64,000 nucleotides of DNA, taken from Deltaproteobacteria bacterium. GTDB lineage: Bacteria; Desulfobacterota; Syntrophobacteria; Syntrophobacterales; Thermodesulforhabdaceae. The stretch is from positions 13,157 through 77,156 of the forward strand of contig JAFDGW010000006.1 of assembly GCA_019309115.1 (NCBI GenBank). Direction: 5' to 3'. Shown piece by piece: positions 44,787 through 55,285 of this stretch (its first letter is position 1; every line of letters begins with the position of its first letter). The notes below the pieces were generated by a model. It was not told the origin of the DNA. It saw nothing but the letters and a program-made list of their open reading frames with translations, and did no database searches. The position numbers were made by a program, and so were the translations under genes.

Positions 44787-47700
44787 TCAATTGTGAACTT
44801 TATTTGCGGGTAATTCCGTATTCAATATGCCGATTGCTCCTTTCAGTTTGGTTTCGAGCCTTTCGAACAAAATGTAGAAAATGGGCACGTAAATCAGAGT
44901 GAGGAATGTGCCTATTATTAGGCCTCCTATGGCGACCACAGCTAGAGGCGACAGCCGCTCCAGCCCGATTGCTCTTTCCATAGCAATTGGCAACATACCG
45001 ACACTGGTTCCGCAAGCTGTCATGAGTATGGGGCGAGCCCGAAGCCTAATAGCTTCGAGAATTGCATCATGCATGGTCATTCCTCTTTTTTTACCTTCTT
45101 CGATAAAATCTATCAGCAGAATGGAATTATTCACGATAATGCCGGCGAGCAAAATGAGCCCCATCATGGAAGGCATACATTGATGGCGACCAAAGGCGAG
45201 CATGAACCACATGCTGCCCAGGGCGGCCAGGGGAATAGCTAGCATGATGGTTAACGGGTTTTTCCAGGATGAAAAAGTTACTGTCAGGGAAAAATATAAC
45301 AGCACAAGAGCCATCACCATGGCACGGGCAAGGCGCTCCGATGATTCCTTCATCTGGGCTATTTCGCCTTCTTTGCTTAGCTTGAAACCGGACGGTATGC
45401 GGATATTTTTTAGCACCTTCTCATCAATGCCTTTATGAATGTGTGTTATAGCAGCCTTTGCCCGGAATCCGTACACGTCAAGGCTATATTGGAGGTTCTG
45501 ACGAGTGATCACTCCGGGCGAAAAAACTGGTTCCACTTTTGCGAAAACTTTCAGAGGCACAAAGCCGTATGGAGTTTTAACGAGCATAGTTTTCAAATCG
45601 TCGAGGTTATCTCTGTATGATCTTTTAAATTGCACCCGAACAGATAAGCCCATTTCATTAGGAATAGTGTAAATGGAACTTATACGTCCTTGCAGAGCGT
45701 CTCCAATCTGATTCGATATGTCGGCAGGCGTCATGCCATATCGGGATGCCTGAAGCTGATTTATGACAAAAGCCAGTTCGCGTTTTTCCATGTACCAGCT
45801 TCTGGACACAGACGTAAGCCCTTTTACCAGCTTCAGCTTTTCTTCAACCTCGCTGCCTATTTTGTCCAGCACATCCAGATCGTCTCCGGTAATCATTAAA
45901 TCAACCGTCGATGCAATTGAAGAAAGAGGAGTAGCTCCGTAATCGTACACATTGACGTATCTCAGCCCGGGAATTTTGAGGAATGCTCTTCGCAACTCAT
46001 CTTCTATCTGCCAGATACTTTTTTTGCGATGAAACCGGTCTATGAAGTGTACGGTTATACTTCCATTCTGCGGCTCCTTACCGCTTCCAAAACTAAACGT
46101 TCCCGGTTCAGAACCTAGAGTCGATGAAACCATCTGCACGCCTGGGAATGAATAAATAACCTTTTCCATTTCCGAGAGAATCTTTTCGCTTTCCTCGATT
46201 GATGTGTTTTCGTCGGTGGAAAAACTGACTTTCAGAATACCAGTGTCCATCGGGGGCATAAGGTCACGCCCTAGAAGCGGCATAACTTGCTTGCGGGTAA
46301 GCATCATTAGAATCATAAGAGGTGCCAAAAACAAGATAAACGCTTTTTTTCTATCAACCACCGTTTTAACAAGGGTCGTGTAAAGGTTTACCAGCGGGTT
46401 GATTATGCGCGAACTGAGTCTGTATATCAGTCGTTCAAACCAGTTTTTGTGAGGTTCTTTTTTCATCACCAAGGGGGAAAGGAGAGGGATGATTGTTATA
46501 GACACCACGTAGGACGAAATCAATGCAAGTATAAGCACGCTGCAAAATTGGCGGAGAATTCGCTGAACGTAACCGCCAATAAAAAGTATGGGAACAAGTA
46601 CGACAATAGTAGTTATAGTGCCGGCAAAATCGGCCAGCATTATTTCTGTCGTACCATCCACTGCAGCCCTGTGGATTGGTTTCTCGAGTTCGTAGTAGTG
46701 ACGTTCTATGTTCTCCATAACCACTATTGCATCATCCAGGAGCAGACCTATTGCGAGAATAATTGCCGTCATGGTTACGATGTTAAACTGAAAATGGAAA
46801 ATCTTCATGAAGGCGATCGTCATCAGGTAGGTACAAACGATTGAAGCCATTGTGATAAATATGTTTCTAAGATTTGCCAGAAACACCAGGATAACAATCA
46901 ATGTCATGATGATGGCGTCTCGAAGGGCTCCCAGCATATTGTTTATGCTGAGATTTATGAGATTTTCCTGGGTGTCTGCAACGGTTATTTCCAGGTTTCG
47001 GTATTTTGCCTCTATATTCGGGAGGTGCGCCTTGACGGTTTTGATAACCCCCATGGTGTTTCCCCCCACAGGCCGCATGATGGCCATACCAATGGCAGGA
47101 ACGCCGTTTCCGTGATAGGCAGAAAGTCTTTCCCTGTAGCCGTAGTGAACGGAAGAAACGTCTTTAAGCTTAACCTGCGGGGTAATCTGAATATCGAGAA
47201 AGTCGTCGAGACATTGTACTTCGTCATTCGATTTGAGTAGTATCTGGTTGTGCTTGTCAATTATAAAACCGGCGGGAATGTTTCTGTTTTTCTCTGAAAC
47301 CGCCTTTACCACATCGGCAACCGACAATCCGTGACGGTTCAGCTTTGCCGGGTCTATCTCTATTCTGACTTCCCTCTGGTAGCCGCCGAACACGTCAACA
47401 TCAGCAACTCCTGGTATGTTTAAAAGATCGTCTTTCAGCTCGTTGTCCGCTATCTGGCGTACCTGAGCCATGGTAAGAGTAGAACTACTGGCAGGTCTTA
47501 CCGAAAGGATCATGACAGGCTGAGTAGCATCGCTAATCTTGTAAATCTGAGGTGGAAGAATGTTCTTAGGAAGTTCTGTTATGATCTTATTGACAGCGTT
47601 CGTTACATCCAGGCTTGCCGCATCAAGGCCTTTTTCATATTCGAATTCGACCTTTACTATGGAAACTTCTTCTTTCGAGGTCGAGCTTACCTTTCTTACT

Positions 47701-47921
47701 AGGTCGATTCCGTAGAGTTCTTCTTCAATTTTCCTGGATATGTGGTTAGCTATGTCCGTGGCAGATGCTCCAGGCTCTATCGTGACGACTGCGATCTGTG
47801 GCCTGTTTGCATCCGGAAAGAGCTTTCTATGCATTGAATTGAAAGACAGGAAACCGATCACGCAAAAGACGAATACCAGAGAAAGCGGAAAATGCGGTTT
47901 CTTGAACATTCTTTCAATCAA
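44787..47921 (-). CDS. RND efflux transporter permease (AcrB/CzcA superfamily)
   Basis: 1044 aa, with 12-TM topology and two large periplasmic loops. The GLLLDDAIVVMENIERH motif is present. Confidence 0.9.
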   Translation of the reverse strand: MIERMFKKPHFPLSLVFVFCVIGFLSFNSMHRKLFPDANRPQIAVVTIEPGASATDIANHISRKIEEELYGIDLVRKVSSTSKEEVSIVKVEFEYEKGLDAASLDVTNAVNKIITELPKNILPPQIYKISDATQPVMILSVRPASSSTLTMAQVRQIADNELKDDLLNIPGVADVDVFGGYQREVRIEIDPAKLNRHGLSVADVVKAVSEKNRNIPAGFIIDKHNQILLKSNDEVQCLDDFLDIQITPQVKLKDVSSVHYGYRERLSAYHGNGVPAIGMAIMRPVGGNTMGVIKTVKAHLPNIEAKYRNLEITVADTQENLINLSINNMLGALRDAIIMTLIVILVFLANLRNIFITMASIVCTYLMTIAFMKIFHFQFNIVTMTAIILAIGLLLDDAIVVMENIERHYYELEKPIHRAAVDGTTEIMLADFAGTITTIVVLVPILFIGGYVQRILRQFCSVLILALISSYVVSITIIPLLSPLVMKKEPHKNWFERLIYRLSSRIINPLVNLYTTLVKTVVDRKKAFILFLAPLMILMMLTRKQVMPLLGRDLMPPMDTGILKVSFSTDENTSIEESEKILSEMEKVIYSFPGVQMVSSTLGSEPGTFSFGSGKEPQNGSITVHFIDRFHRKKSIWQIEDELRRAFLKIPGLRYVNVYDYGATPLSSIASTVDLMITGDDLDVLDKIGSEVEEKLKLVKGLTSVSRSWYMEKRELAFVINQLQASRYGMTPADISNQIGDALQGRISSIYTIPNEMGLSVRVQFKRSYRDNLDDLKTMLVKTPYGFVPLKVFAKVEPVFSPGVITRQNLQYSLDVYGFRAKAAITHIHKGIDEKVLKNIRIPSGFKLSKEGEIAQMKESSERLARAMVMALVLLYFSLTVTFSSWKNPLTIMLAIPLAALGSMWFMLAFGRHQCMPSMMGLILLAGIIVNNSILLIDFIEEGKKRGMTMHDAILEAIRLRARPILMTACGTSVGMLPIAMERAIGLERLSPLAVVAIGGLIIGTFLTLIYVPIFYILFERLETKLKGAIGILNTELPANKVHN

Positions 47922-49122
47922 TGGAAGCCTCCTGCATGCGTTTTGTCACTTCAACCGATTGACCGTCGCTGATGCGCGTAAGGCGGCTTTCTCTGGCGAT
48001 AACGAGAAAGTCACCTTCCCTGAGATGAGAAGAAGCAAAGCAGATGTGCTTTTCATTTGTTCCGAGAATTTTAACAGGGATTTTGTGAGCGATGCCTTTA
48101 TCGTCAACCTTTATTACAAAGTTTATATTACCCTGCCTAAGAAGGCACTGAGATGGGACAATGAGCCCTTTGGGCTTTTCCGTGATGATCTCAACTTCGA
48201 TTCTGGTGTGGTACGGAAGGCCGAATGGAGCTTTTTCAAGGAGTATGTTGCAGATTCCAAGGCTGCTCGGTGATGCGGCAGGGTAGAGCGAACTGACTTT
48301 TGTGGTTATAGCCTTTCCGCTCAAAATGAGTTTTGCAGAGGTGCCAGGTTTTATTTTAACGAAATCTTCCGGTGCCACTTCTACGACCACCTTAACACCT
48401 GCATCTGGCCGAATGATAGAAAGAATAGGTTTTCCCGGGACGGCGATGTCGCCTTCTGATAACTCTCTGCGCTGTACAATACCGTTAAATGGTGCTCGTA
48501 TTGTCGTATAACTCAATAGAACTTCCTCGGCCCTCTTCTGAGCCTTCAGTGAAGCAATCATTTGTTTTTGGGCCCATATGCTTTTTTCAGTAGCCTTAAG
48601 TTCAGACAGGGCGAGCTCAAAATTCTTCTTTGATATATCTAGTTCTTCTTTTCCAATAGCTTTGTTGTGATAAAGAATCCTGTTGCGTTCGTAGATTCCT
48701 CTGTTCGTGTAAACAGCGGATTTAAGGCCTGGAAGTTTTGCCTCAAGGGCTTCAAGGTTGCCTTGTGCCGCTTCTATCCGGGCCTCTATTGATTCAATAT
48801 GGGCTTTAACGTCCCTATCGTCGATCTTTACCAGCACCGAGCCTTTACTTACCCTGGCCCCATCATCCACAAATATCTTTTCGATGTAACCCGTAACTTT
48901 TGATGCAATCTGGGTTTCAGTAACAGGTATAATTTCCCCAAGATATTTCACGGAAACGTCAATTGCCCCTTTCTTCACCGATACAACTTGCACTACGGGG
49001 CGATACTGGCCCGGTCGTCTCATTTTGGCCAGTTCAAGCTTTCTTTTTCTTACCAAAAAGATCATACCAGCCAGCAAAACCAGAATTAGCAGAAGAAGAA
49101 AGATCATTTGCTTTTTTTTCAT
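47914..49122 (-). CDS. RND efflux periplasmic adaptor (HlyD/MFP family)
   Basis: N-terminal TM helix, lipoyl-like hairpin (VDDGARVSKGSVLVKID), and a coiled coil. It overlaps the RND gene start by 8 nt. Confidence 0.85.
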   Translation of the reverse strand: MKKKQMIFLLLLILVLLAGMIFLVRKRKLELAKMRRPGQYRPVVQVVSVKKGAIDVSVKYLGEIIPVTETQIASKVTGYIEKIFVDDGARVSKGSVLVKIDDRDVKAHIESIEARIEAAQGNLEALEAKLPGLKSAVYTNRGIYERNRILYHNKAIGKEELDISKKNFELALSELKATEKSIWAQKQMIASLKAQKRAEEVLLSYTTIRAPFNGIVQRRELSEGDIAVPGKPILSIIRPDAGVKVVVEVAPEDFVKIKPGTSAKLILSGKAITTKVSSLYPAASPSSLGICNILLEKAPFGLPYHTRIEVEIITEKPKGLIVPSQCLLRQGNINFVIKVDDKGIAHKIPVKILGTNEKHICFASSHLREGDFLVIARESRLTRISDGQSVEVTKRMQEASID

Positions 49123-49476
49123 TGCTTAACCCCTCATGGCATTATTGACCAGTGTGCAATCGCCAGCACCGTCCACGAAGATATTCCTTCTTGGCAATAT
49201 GTGCAAGGTGCATTTATGGCATCATATGGTTATCGTGATTATTGTGATTATCGGCCGAAGTGGTATAAGAACAGCGTTTGATGATCATCTTCACACTTCG
49301 GCTCCGGAATTGATAATATAATTCGCTTCAACCAAGAGCATATCGAATTACTTTTAGGTTGCTGACAATATGCTGAAGGATATTTTTTGTGTATGGTAAA
49401 ATTTCAGGAAGGTTGAGTTTTCTTAGTTTTTGGGTAAATCACGCAGGGGAAGGAACGTTTAACAAGGAGATGGGCT

Positions 49477-49878
49477 ATGAGTTCGCATTTTGAGAAGGTG
49501 AAAAATTATTTACTGGAGCTTGGCCTTGAGATTGTTGAAGAGAACGCCGACGAAGAGTTGGTAGTCGTTCGCGATGAGGAGCGGGGAATAAACAATCTGA
49601 TAATAGACTGTGAGGAACCCATACTCATCTTGGAGCAGATGGTAATGGGAGTTCCGCAGTCCGATAGGGAGAGGTTTTTTGAGCGCTTGCTTCAGATAAA
49701 CAGAAACCTGATTCACGGGGCCTTTGTGCTGGATGAGGAAAGTAAATACGTTCTGTTTCGTGACACGCTTCAACTTCAGAATCTGGATTTCAATGAACTA
49801 GAGGGGTCCATATTGGCCCTGGAACTAGCTCTGGTAGAATATGGAGACGAACTGGCTTCCTATGTGAAAGCGAAATAA
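49477..49878 (+). CDS. YbjN-like (putative sensory-transduction regulator/chaperone-fold) protein
   Basis: 133 aa and acidic. The N-terminal VKNYLLELGLEIVEE... pattern resembles YbjN-family proteins. The assignment is weak. Confidence 0.4.
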   Translation: MSSHFEKVKNYLLELGLEIVEENADEELVVVRDEERGINNLIIDCEEPILILEQMVMGVPQSDRERFFERLLQINRNLIHGAFVLDEESKYVLFRDTLQLQNLDFNELEGSILALELALVEYGDELASYVKAK

Positions 49879-49891
49879 TAGGTGTATTGTC

Positions 49892-50929
49892 GTGCATGCC
49901 GTATTGTATCTGGTCAGACGATTCGTTGGTTATCTCAAGCGGGAAAAACTCCACAGGCTGTTTCTGATAGTTTTCCTGGTTATATTCTTCGGAAGCTTGG
50001 CTTTTGCTCATGTGGAAAAAGGAATGGGGTTGCTTGAAGCCATGTGGTGGGCCGTCGTTACCGCTACTACAGTTGGCTATGGAGACATTACACCCGACAC
50101 TCTGGCCGGCAAAGTTATAGGTGTCGTTATTATGATTTTCGGTATAGGGCTTGTAGGTATGCTTACTGCCACACTTGCGGGCTTCTTTGTCGAAGAACGG
50201 GAAATGAACCGGCGAGGAGTAAGAGAATTGGATGAGAGTGGACATTTTGTCATTTGTGGATGGAATTATCGTGGAAAGGGAGTTTATGAAGAGCTCAGAG
50301 CTGACGCAAAAACTGCTGAAAGGTCTATTGTACTCATTGCAGACCTTGAACAATCACCTGTTCCAGATGATTCTCTCTTTTACTTTGTCAAAGGAGAACC
50401 GGACGCTGAAACGCTCAGAAAAGCAAACGCGGGCAAAGCAGATACCATCATCATTCTATCCGATGACAGGCTGGAACCTTATGCAAAGGATGCCAAAACG
50501 GTGCTGACAACCCTGACCGTAAAGTCTCTTTATCCTCATGTTTATACTTGTGTGGAGTTGGTGGATAGCGCCAATATTGAGCATTGCAGGAGAGCAAATG
50601 CTGATGAGATTATAGTGCTTGGCGAGCTTTCTACCAATCTGCTGGTTCAGGCAGCCCTGGATCATGGAGTTACGGCCCTTGTATCTGAGTTGGTAAGCAA
50701 CAGATACGGTAATGAGCTTTATACTATGCCGGTACCGGATTTTCTTGTGGGCAGAACTTTTATGGAGGCACTTACGAGGTTAAAAGTCGATTATAATATT
50801 CTATGTGTTGGGGTCAGGGAAGGAAAGAGCGGACAGTTTTTGTCAAATCCCTCTGGAGATTTTTCACTCGATGAAAAGGACAAGCTCGTGGTCATTGCGG
50901 CCAAGCGTCCGCAATGGTTAAAAAAATAA
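49892..50929 (+). CDS. Potassium channel with a cytosolic RCK/TrkA-N domain
   Basis: Selectivity filter TTVGYGD, followed by the HFVICGWNYRG Rossmann-like RCK domain. Confidence 0.85.
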   Translation: MHAVLYLVRRFVGYLKREKLHRLFLIVFLVIFFGSLAFAHVEKGMGLLEAMWWAVVTATTVGYGDITPDTLAGKVIGVVIMIFGIGLVGMLTATLAGFFVEEREMNRRGVRELDESGHFVICGWNYRGKGVYEELRADAKTAERSIVLIADLEQSPVPDDSLFYFVKGEPDAETLRKANAGKADTIIILSDDRLEPYAKDAKTVLTTLTVKSLYPHVYTCVELVDSANIEHCRRANADEIIVLGELSTNLLVQAALDHGVTALVSELVSNRYGNELYTMPVPDFLVGRTFMEALTRLKVDYNILCVGVREGKSGQFLSNPSGDFSLDEKDKLVVIAAKRPQWLKK

Positions 50930-50939
50930 GGAGGAAAAG

Positions 50940-51647
50940 ATGGCTGGAATTTTACAGAGAATTTTCAAGATAGGTCAGGCTGAGGCTCACAGCGTGGTGG
51001 ATAAGCTGGAAGATCCTATAAAGTTGACGGAGCAGGGTATCAGGGATTTGAAAAAAGACCTTTCGGTAGCAATGCAGAGTCTTGCCGAGGTAAAAGCCTT
51101 GGCAATTCGGTTGAAGAAGCAAATGGAAGATGCTCGGCGAGCGGCGAAGGATTACGAGAGAAAAGCTATGCTTATCCTCGAAAAAGCAAAAAAAGGTGAG
51201 CTTGATCCTCAGGATGCAGAACACCTGGCAATGGAAGCCTTAACGCGAAAGCAAGAAAGCGAAGACCGGGCTACCCAGCTGGCCACAGACTACGAGGCCC
51301 AGAACAGAATGGCAATGGAGCTCCAAGCAAAGGTTGAACAGTTAAAGAAGCAAATCACCACTTACGAAAACGAGCTGATCACCCTGAAGGCTCGTGCTAA
51401 AACGGCCCAATCCATGCGGAAGATTAACCAACAACTGGCTAAGGTTGATTCGTCCAGCACACTAGCCATGCTTGAGCGGATGAAGCAAAAGGTAGCAGAG
51501 GAAGAATCTCTTGCGGAAGCTTACGGAAATGTAGCTGCTGAAACAGCTTCGGTGGATCAAAAGATAGATCGGGCTTTGGCGACGCCTTCATCTTCTTCCG
51601 CCATGTTGGAACTTGAAGAGCTGAAAAAGAAGGTTGGTTTGGTTTAA
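50940..51647 (+). CDS. pspA: PspA/IM30 family protein
   Basis: MAGILQRIFKIGQAEAHSVVDKLEDPIKLTEQGIRDLKKDL and a long coiled coil. It starts 10 nt after the channel gene. Confidence 0.85.
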   Translation: MAGILQRIFKIGQAEAHSVVDKLEDPIKLTEQGIRDLKKDLSVAMQSLAEVKALAIRLKKQMEDARRAAKDYERKAMLILEKAKKGELDPQDAEHLAMEALTRKQESEDRATQLATDYEAQNRMAMELQAKVEQLKKQITTYENELITLKARAKTAQSMRKINQQLAKVDSSSTLAMLERMKQKVAEEESLAEAYGNVAAETASVDQKIDRALATPSSSSAMLELEELKKKVGLV

Positions 51648-51670
51648 ACAATGTTCGTAAATTAGGGGGC

Positions 51671-52618
51671 GTGATGGGAACAGATACTGCGGAAAGATTC
51701 CGATCCGGATATGTGGCCTTACTCGGAGCTCCAAACGTAGGAAAATCAACGCTACTCAATCAGATTCTGAAAGAAAAAATTTCCATCACCTGCCCCAAAC
51801 CCCAAACAACGCGAAACAGAATTGTTGGCATATTTAACGGGCCGGGTTGTCAGATAGTTTTTGTCGATACTCCTGGAATCCATCGTGCCAGGGATACCTT
51901 TAACCGAATTCTTGTGGATACGGCCCTGAGTACTCTCGAGGATGTGGACGTAATCTGCTTCATGATTGAAGCTTCTGAAAAACCTAAGGAAATGGACTTG
52001 TTTGTGCTTGAACAGATCCAGAGCGTTAATACTCCTATTTTTCTTGTCATTAACAAGATCGACCTTTTGAAAAACAAAGCTCCACTGCTTCCTCTGATGG
52101 ATTTTTATTCAAATCAGTACAATTTTCGGGCTATCGTGCCTATATCGGCCCTTTTGGGTGACGGTGTTAATAAGCTTCTTGATGAGATAACATCTGTCTT
52201 ACCCGAAGGGCCTCAGTACTTTCCACACGACTACCTGACGGACCTTCCGGAACGGTTCATAGTGGCAGAATTTATTCGAGAGAAGATTTTTCATCTCACA
52301 AAACAGGAGGTTCCTTATTCCGTTGCCGTTACTATTGAAGCCTTCAGGGAAAAACCTGAAAAAAATCTGATCGAAATAGAAGCAACAATTCACGTTGAGC
52401 GAAAATCTCAGAAGGGAATAATCATAGGCAAAAACGGTTCCATGTTGAAGGAAATAGGCCGCCTTGCTAGACAGGATATAGAGCGCTTTCTCGGGTACCG
52501 CGTTTTTCTCAGCCTTTATGTGAGGGTACAGGAAAAATGGCGTCAAGATTTGCGAGTCTTAAGTGAATTTGGCTTTAAGCCTCCCAAAACGGACAGGAAA
52601 AAAGATAAAAAGAAATAG
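51671..52618 (+). CDS. era: GTPase Era
   Basis: GAPNVGKSTLLN, DTPG, NKID, and a C-terminal KH domain. It ends in a Lys-rich tail. Confidence 0.9.
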   Translation: MMGTDTAERFRSGYVALLGAPNVGKSTLLNQILKEKISITCPKPQTTRNRIVGIFNGPGCQIVFVDTPGIHRARDTFNRILVDTALSTLEDVDVICFMIEASEKPKEMDLFVLEQIQSVNTPIFLVINKIDLLKNKAPLLPLMDFYSNQYNFRAIVPISALLGDGVNKLLDEITSVLPEGPQYFPHDYLTDLPERFIVAEFIREKIFHLTKQEVPYSVAVTIEAFREKPEKNLIEIEATIHVERKSQKGIIIGKNGSMLKEIGRLARQDIERFLGYRVFLSLYVRVQEKWRQDLRVLSEFGFKPPKTDRKKDKKK

Positions 52619-54035
52619 TTCATTGTTTTCTCTGTCGCCCGATGCAAGAAGCTACGTTCTTAACCTAGCTGCCCAGTTCTTGGGTCGAACTATATCAATA
52701 AGTGCTCAGTTACTAGTTTTCCTTCTCGTTGCCAGAAAACTCGGCGCAACTGAACTGGGACGATTTGCTTACTTCCTCACCTTTGTGAACGTACTGGCAG
52801 CCCTTTCGGATTTTGGAACAGGAGAAACTGCATCAAAGGACTTGTCTCAACTACCTGATGACATTCGCTCCAAGTACTGGGGAAATGTAATCATAATACG
52901 CATCATCAGCAATTTGCTGTTTTGTTTTATCGGAATATTTGCAGCCCATATTCTGCGTAAAGATATGGCAGTAGAGCTAATCTTGGGAGCGCTATCGGTG
53001 CCCGTTGTTTCATCCAGGATTTTCGATCCGGTGTTTCAGATATATGGTAGGCCCTGGTATGCCAGTGCAGCCTCAGGATTTTACGGAATGTTGTACTTGA
53101 TAGGAATCGTGATGCTTTTTCTTGTTGGGAAAGCTACCATCTTCAGGCTCGGGCTGATTTATGCGTTGTCCAACGCTTTTTACGTTATAGCAGCGTTTTT
53201 ATTCTCAAAAACCGTGCTCAAACCCTTGTTTAAACCCGATAAAAAACTTGTACTACGCAATCTTAAAACCGCACTTCCCATAGGCATTTCTACGATTTTC
53301 ATAACCATAAACAGCCGGGCAGACACATTTATGCTAGCCTGGCTAAGAAATGACCGAGAAGTAGGTCTGTATAATGCAGCATATAAGCTCGTGGATACGG
53401 CCCTGATAATTATGGTCCTGTTAACCAACCCTTTGGTGCCTATACTTTCCAGAATGGCTTTACGCGGCCGCGATGTGTTGGTCAAACACAGCCGTAGAAT
53501 ATTAGGGCTTATGTGCATCGTGTTTCCACCTGTTCCCCTGCTAACTCCTTTGTTTTCCAAGCAACTAATGGTTTTCCTTTATGGTCGGGATTACCTAGCA
53601 GCAGCGCGTGCATTAAACATTTTGAGCTGGGTATGTTTTCTTATTTGTTTTTCAATGGTTACGTCGGTTTTATGTCTGGCCATAAACCTGGTCTACTTCG
53701 AATGGTGGAACGCTGCCCTTGCTGCCGCGACAAATGTGGTGCTCAATTATCTGTGGATTCCCCAGTACGGTTTTATTGGATCATGCTGGGCAACTCTCGT
53801 ATGTGAGCTACTCCTGCTAACAGTAACTTCCGCTTATCTTTTCAGGACTATCAAGGGAATATTCAACCCTCTGTTTTTAGCTTATGGGCTCTTTACCATA
53901 GGCTCCTGGATTTTTCTGGGAACCAGGGTATTCTCTAAAAGTTCACCCTGGATTTTTTCAGGAGTTCTTTTGCTCCTTTATGTTTTTCTCTGGTTTATCT
54001 ATTTGATTTCAACAAATTACAAACAATTCCTATAG
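52563..54035 (+). CDS. Polysaccharide/oligosaccharide flippase-like (MOP superfamily) membrane protein
   Basis: About 12-14 hydrophobic helices and overall similarity to Wzx/MurJ-type proteins. The GTG start overlaps era by 56 nt, so the start is uncertain. Confidence 0.6.
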   Translation: MNLALSLPKRTGKKIKRNSSLFSLSPDARSYVLNLAAQFLGRTISISAQLLVFLLVARKLGATELGRFAYFLTFVNVLAALSDFGTGETASKDLSQLPDDIRSKYWGNVIIIRIISNLLFCFIGIFAAHILRKDMAVELILGALSVPVVSSRIFDPVFQIYGRPWYASAASGFYGMLYLIGIVMLFLVGKATIFRLGLIYALSNAFYVIAAFLFSKTVLKPLFKPDKKLVLRNLKTALPIGISTIFITINSRADTFMLAWLRNDREVGLYNAAYKLVDTALIIMVLLTNPLVPILSRMALRGRDVLVKHSRRILGLMCIVFPPVPLLTPLFSKQLMVFLYGRDYLAAARALNILSWVCFLICFSMVTSVLCLAINLVYFEWWNAALAAATNVVLNYLWIPQYGFIGSCWATLVCELLLLTVTSAYLFRTIKGIFNPLFLAYGLFTIGSWIFLGTRVFSKSSPWIFSGVLLLLYVFLWFIYLISTNYKQFL

Positions 54036-54111
54036 ATAAGCACTTGCCGCGACTTTCTCCTGCTGCTAAGAAAATATGATATATATGGCGAGGAGGAAGA
54101 GAGGGTGAGTT

Positions 54112-55071
54112 ATGTACAGGATGGGTTGGCAAAGGTTTGTGGTGTTAATTTTAGTTATAGTTGTGGGAGTTCAGGCAGAATCAGCTTGTGGCGCCTTTGT
54201 TGGCTCTAACAAGGTCTATCTGTGGCCTGACAGTTTGTTTCCAGAGTTATTGCTTCAGAGGATGGATGTGAACGTTGCTGGTAGCGAATTAATCACGGAA
54301 GAACATCCTCTTATTGACTTGGCACTGGAGAATTTTCTGCGTCCTGCAAATTTAGTCGGGATTCAGAAGAGTTTGGATAGAATGGGGCCCTACGAGGGGA
54401 GTATGAGGAATATTTTTATGAAGGCTGGGCTTCCGGATAACCTTATTTACCTGGTTGTGGTGGAAAGCAGTGCCAGGATTCGTGCCCGGTCTTATGCCGG
54501 AGCTGCTGGCCTGTGGCAGCTGATGCCAAAGACGGCAATGTCTCTTGGATTGAAGGTTAACAGCACCGTTGATGAGAGGCTGGATCCCATCAAGTCAACC
54601 TGGGCCGTTGTGAGATATTTGAAACATCTGTATGCTCGATTTCATTCCTGGGATCTGGTTTTTGCCGCTTATAACATGGGAGAAAATGGCCTAGCGCGTA
54701 GGCTGAAGAAGCATAAAACTAGTAATTTTTTCGAATTGTGTAAACGTAAAGCAATTCCTAGACAAACTCGCTATTATGTACCTCGTGTTTTTGCTGCTAT
54801 TAGAATAGGCTCTAATCCGTCGCTGTACGGTATTTCTCTTGGTAGGACGTTGTCGGTTTACGCAACGGATACGGTGGCAGCTTCCGGCAAGGTTTCGCTA
54901 AAGGATGTTTCTGTGTTTTTAGAGGTACCTTTGGCCGTTTTATTGAAGCTAAATCCGGCCGTGAAGAATCCTTATGGTAGGCTAGAAAAGGGAACTTTGA
55001 TACATGTTCCCTGGGTTGCTCGTAAACGACTATTAGAGGTTTCTGAAGTGCTTGGCCAGCGTAGGGGATAA
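54112..55071 (+). CDS. Lytic transglycosylase (SLT domain), MltD-like
   Basis: Signal peptide and the catalytic VVESSARIRARSYAGAAGLWQLMPKTA block. The C-terminal segment is LysM-like. Confidence 0.7.
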   Translation: MYRMGWQRFVVLILVIVVGVQAESACGAFVGSNKVYLWPDSLFPELLLQRMDVNVAGSELITEEHPLIDLALENFLRPANLVGIQKSLDRMGPYEGSMRNIFMKAGLPDNLIYLVVVESSARIRARSYAGAAGLWQLMPKTAMSLGLKVNSTVDERLDPIKSTWAVVRYLKHLYARFHSWDLVFAAYNMGENGLARRLKKHKTSNFFELCKRKAIPRQTRYYVPRVFAAIRIGSNPSLYGISLGRTLSVYATDTVAASGKVSLKDVSVFLEVPLAVLLKLNPAVKNPYGRLEKGTLIHVPWVARKRLLEVSEVLGQRRG

Positions 55072-55079
55072 CGAGGTCA

Positions 55080-55283
55080 ATGAGTCTGGAGGTTGATGTG
55101 AGCATAAGGAATCTGGCACAGGATCTTTACAGGGCTCAGAAGCGGGTCGAAGAGCTGGAGGAAAAGTTGAGGCAACTTGGTGAATCTAGCCCCGAACGGG
55201 CGGTGCTGGAAGTTCGGTTTCGCGAGGCGGTGGCCGAACGGGATAAACTGAGGAAAATGCTTGAGGAGGCGAAGGGCAAATAA
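55080..55283 (+). CDS. Small coiled-coil protein (67 aa)
   Basis: ORF with a heptad-like charged sequence. It is tightly packed, 8 nt after the upstream gene. Confidence 0.35.
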   Translation: MSLEVDVSIRNLAQDLYRAQKRVEELEEKLRQLGESSPERAVLEVRFREAVAERDKLRKMLEEAKGK

Positions 55284-55285
55284 AT

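Noticed and set aside
49136-49321. 61-aa ORF containing a hydrophobic MVIVIIVIIG stretch in the divergent intergenic region, considered as a possible small membrane peptide or toxin.
   Set aside because: It has no Shine-Dalgarno sequence and overlaps the palindromic, operator-like DNA. Composition alone is not evidence of coding.
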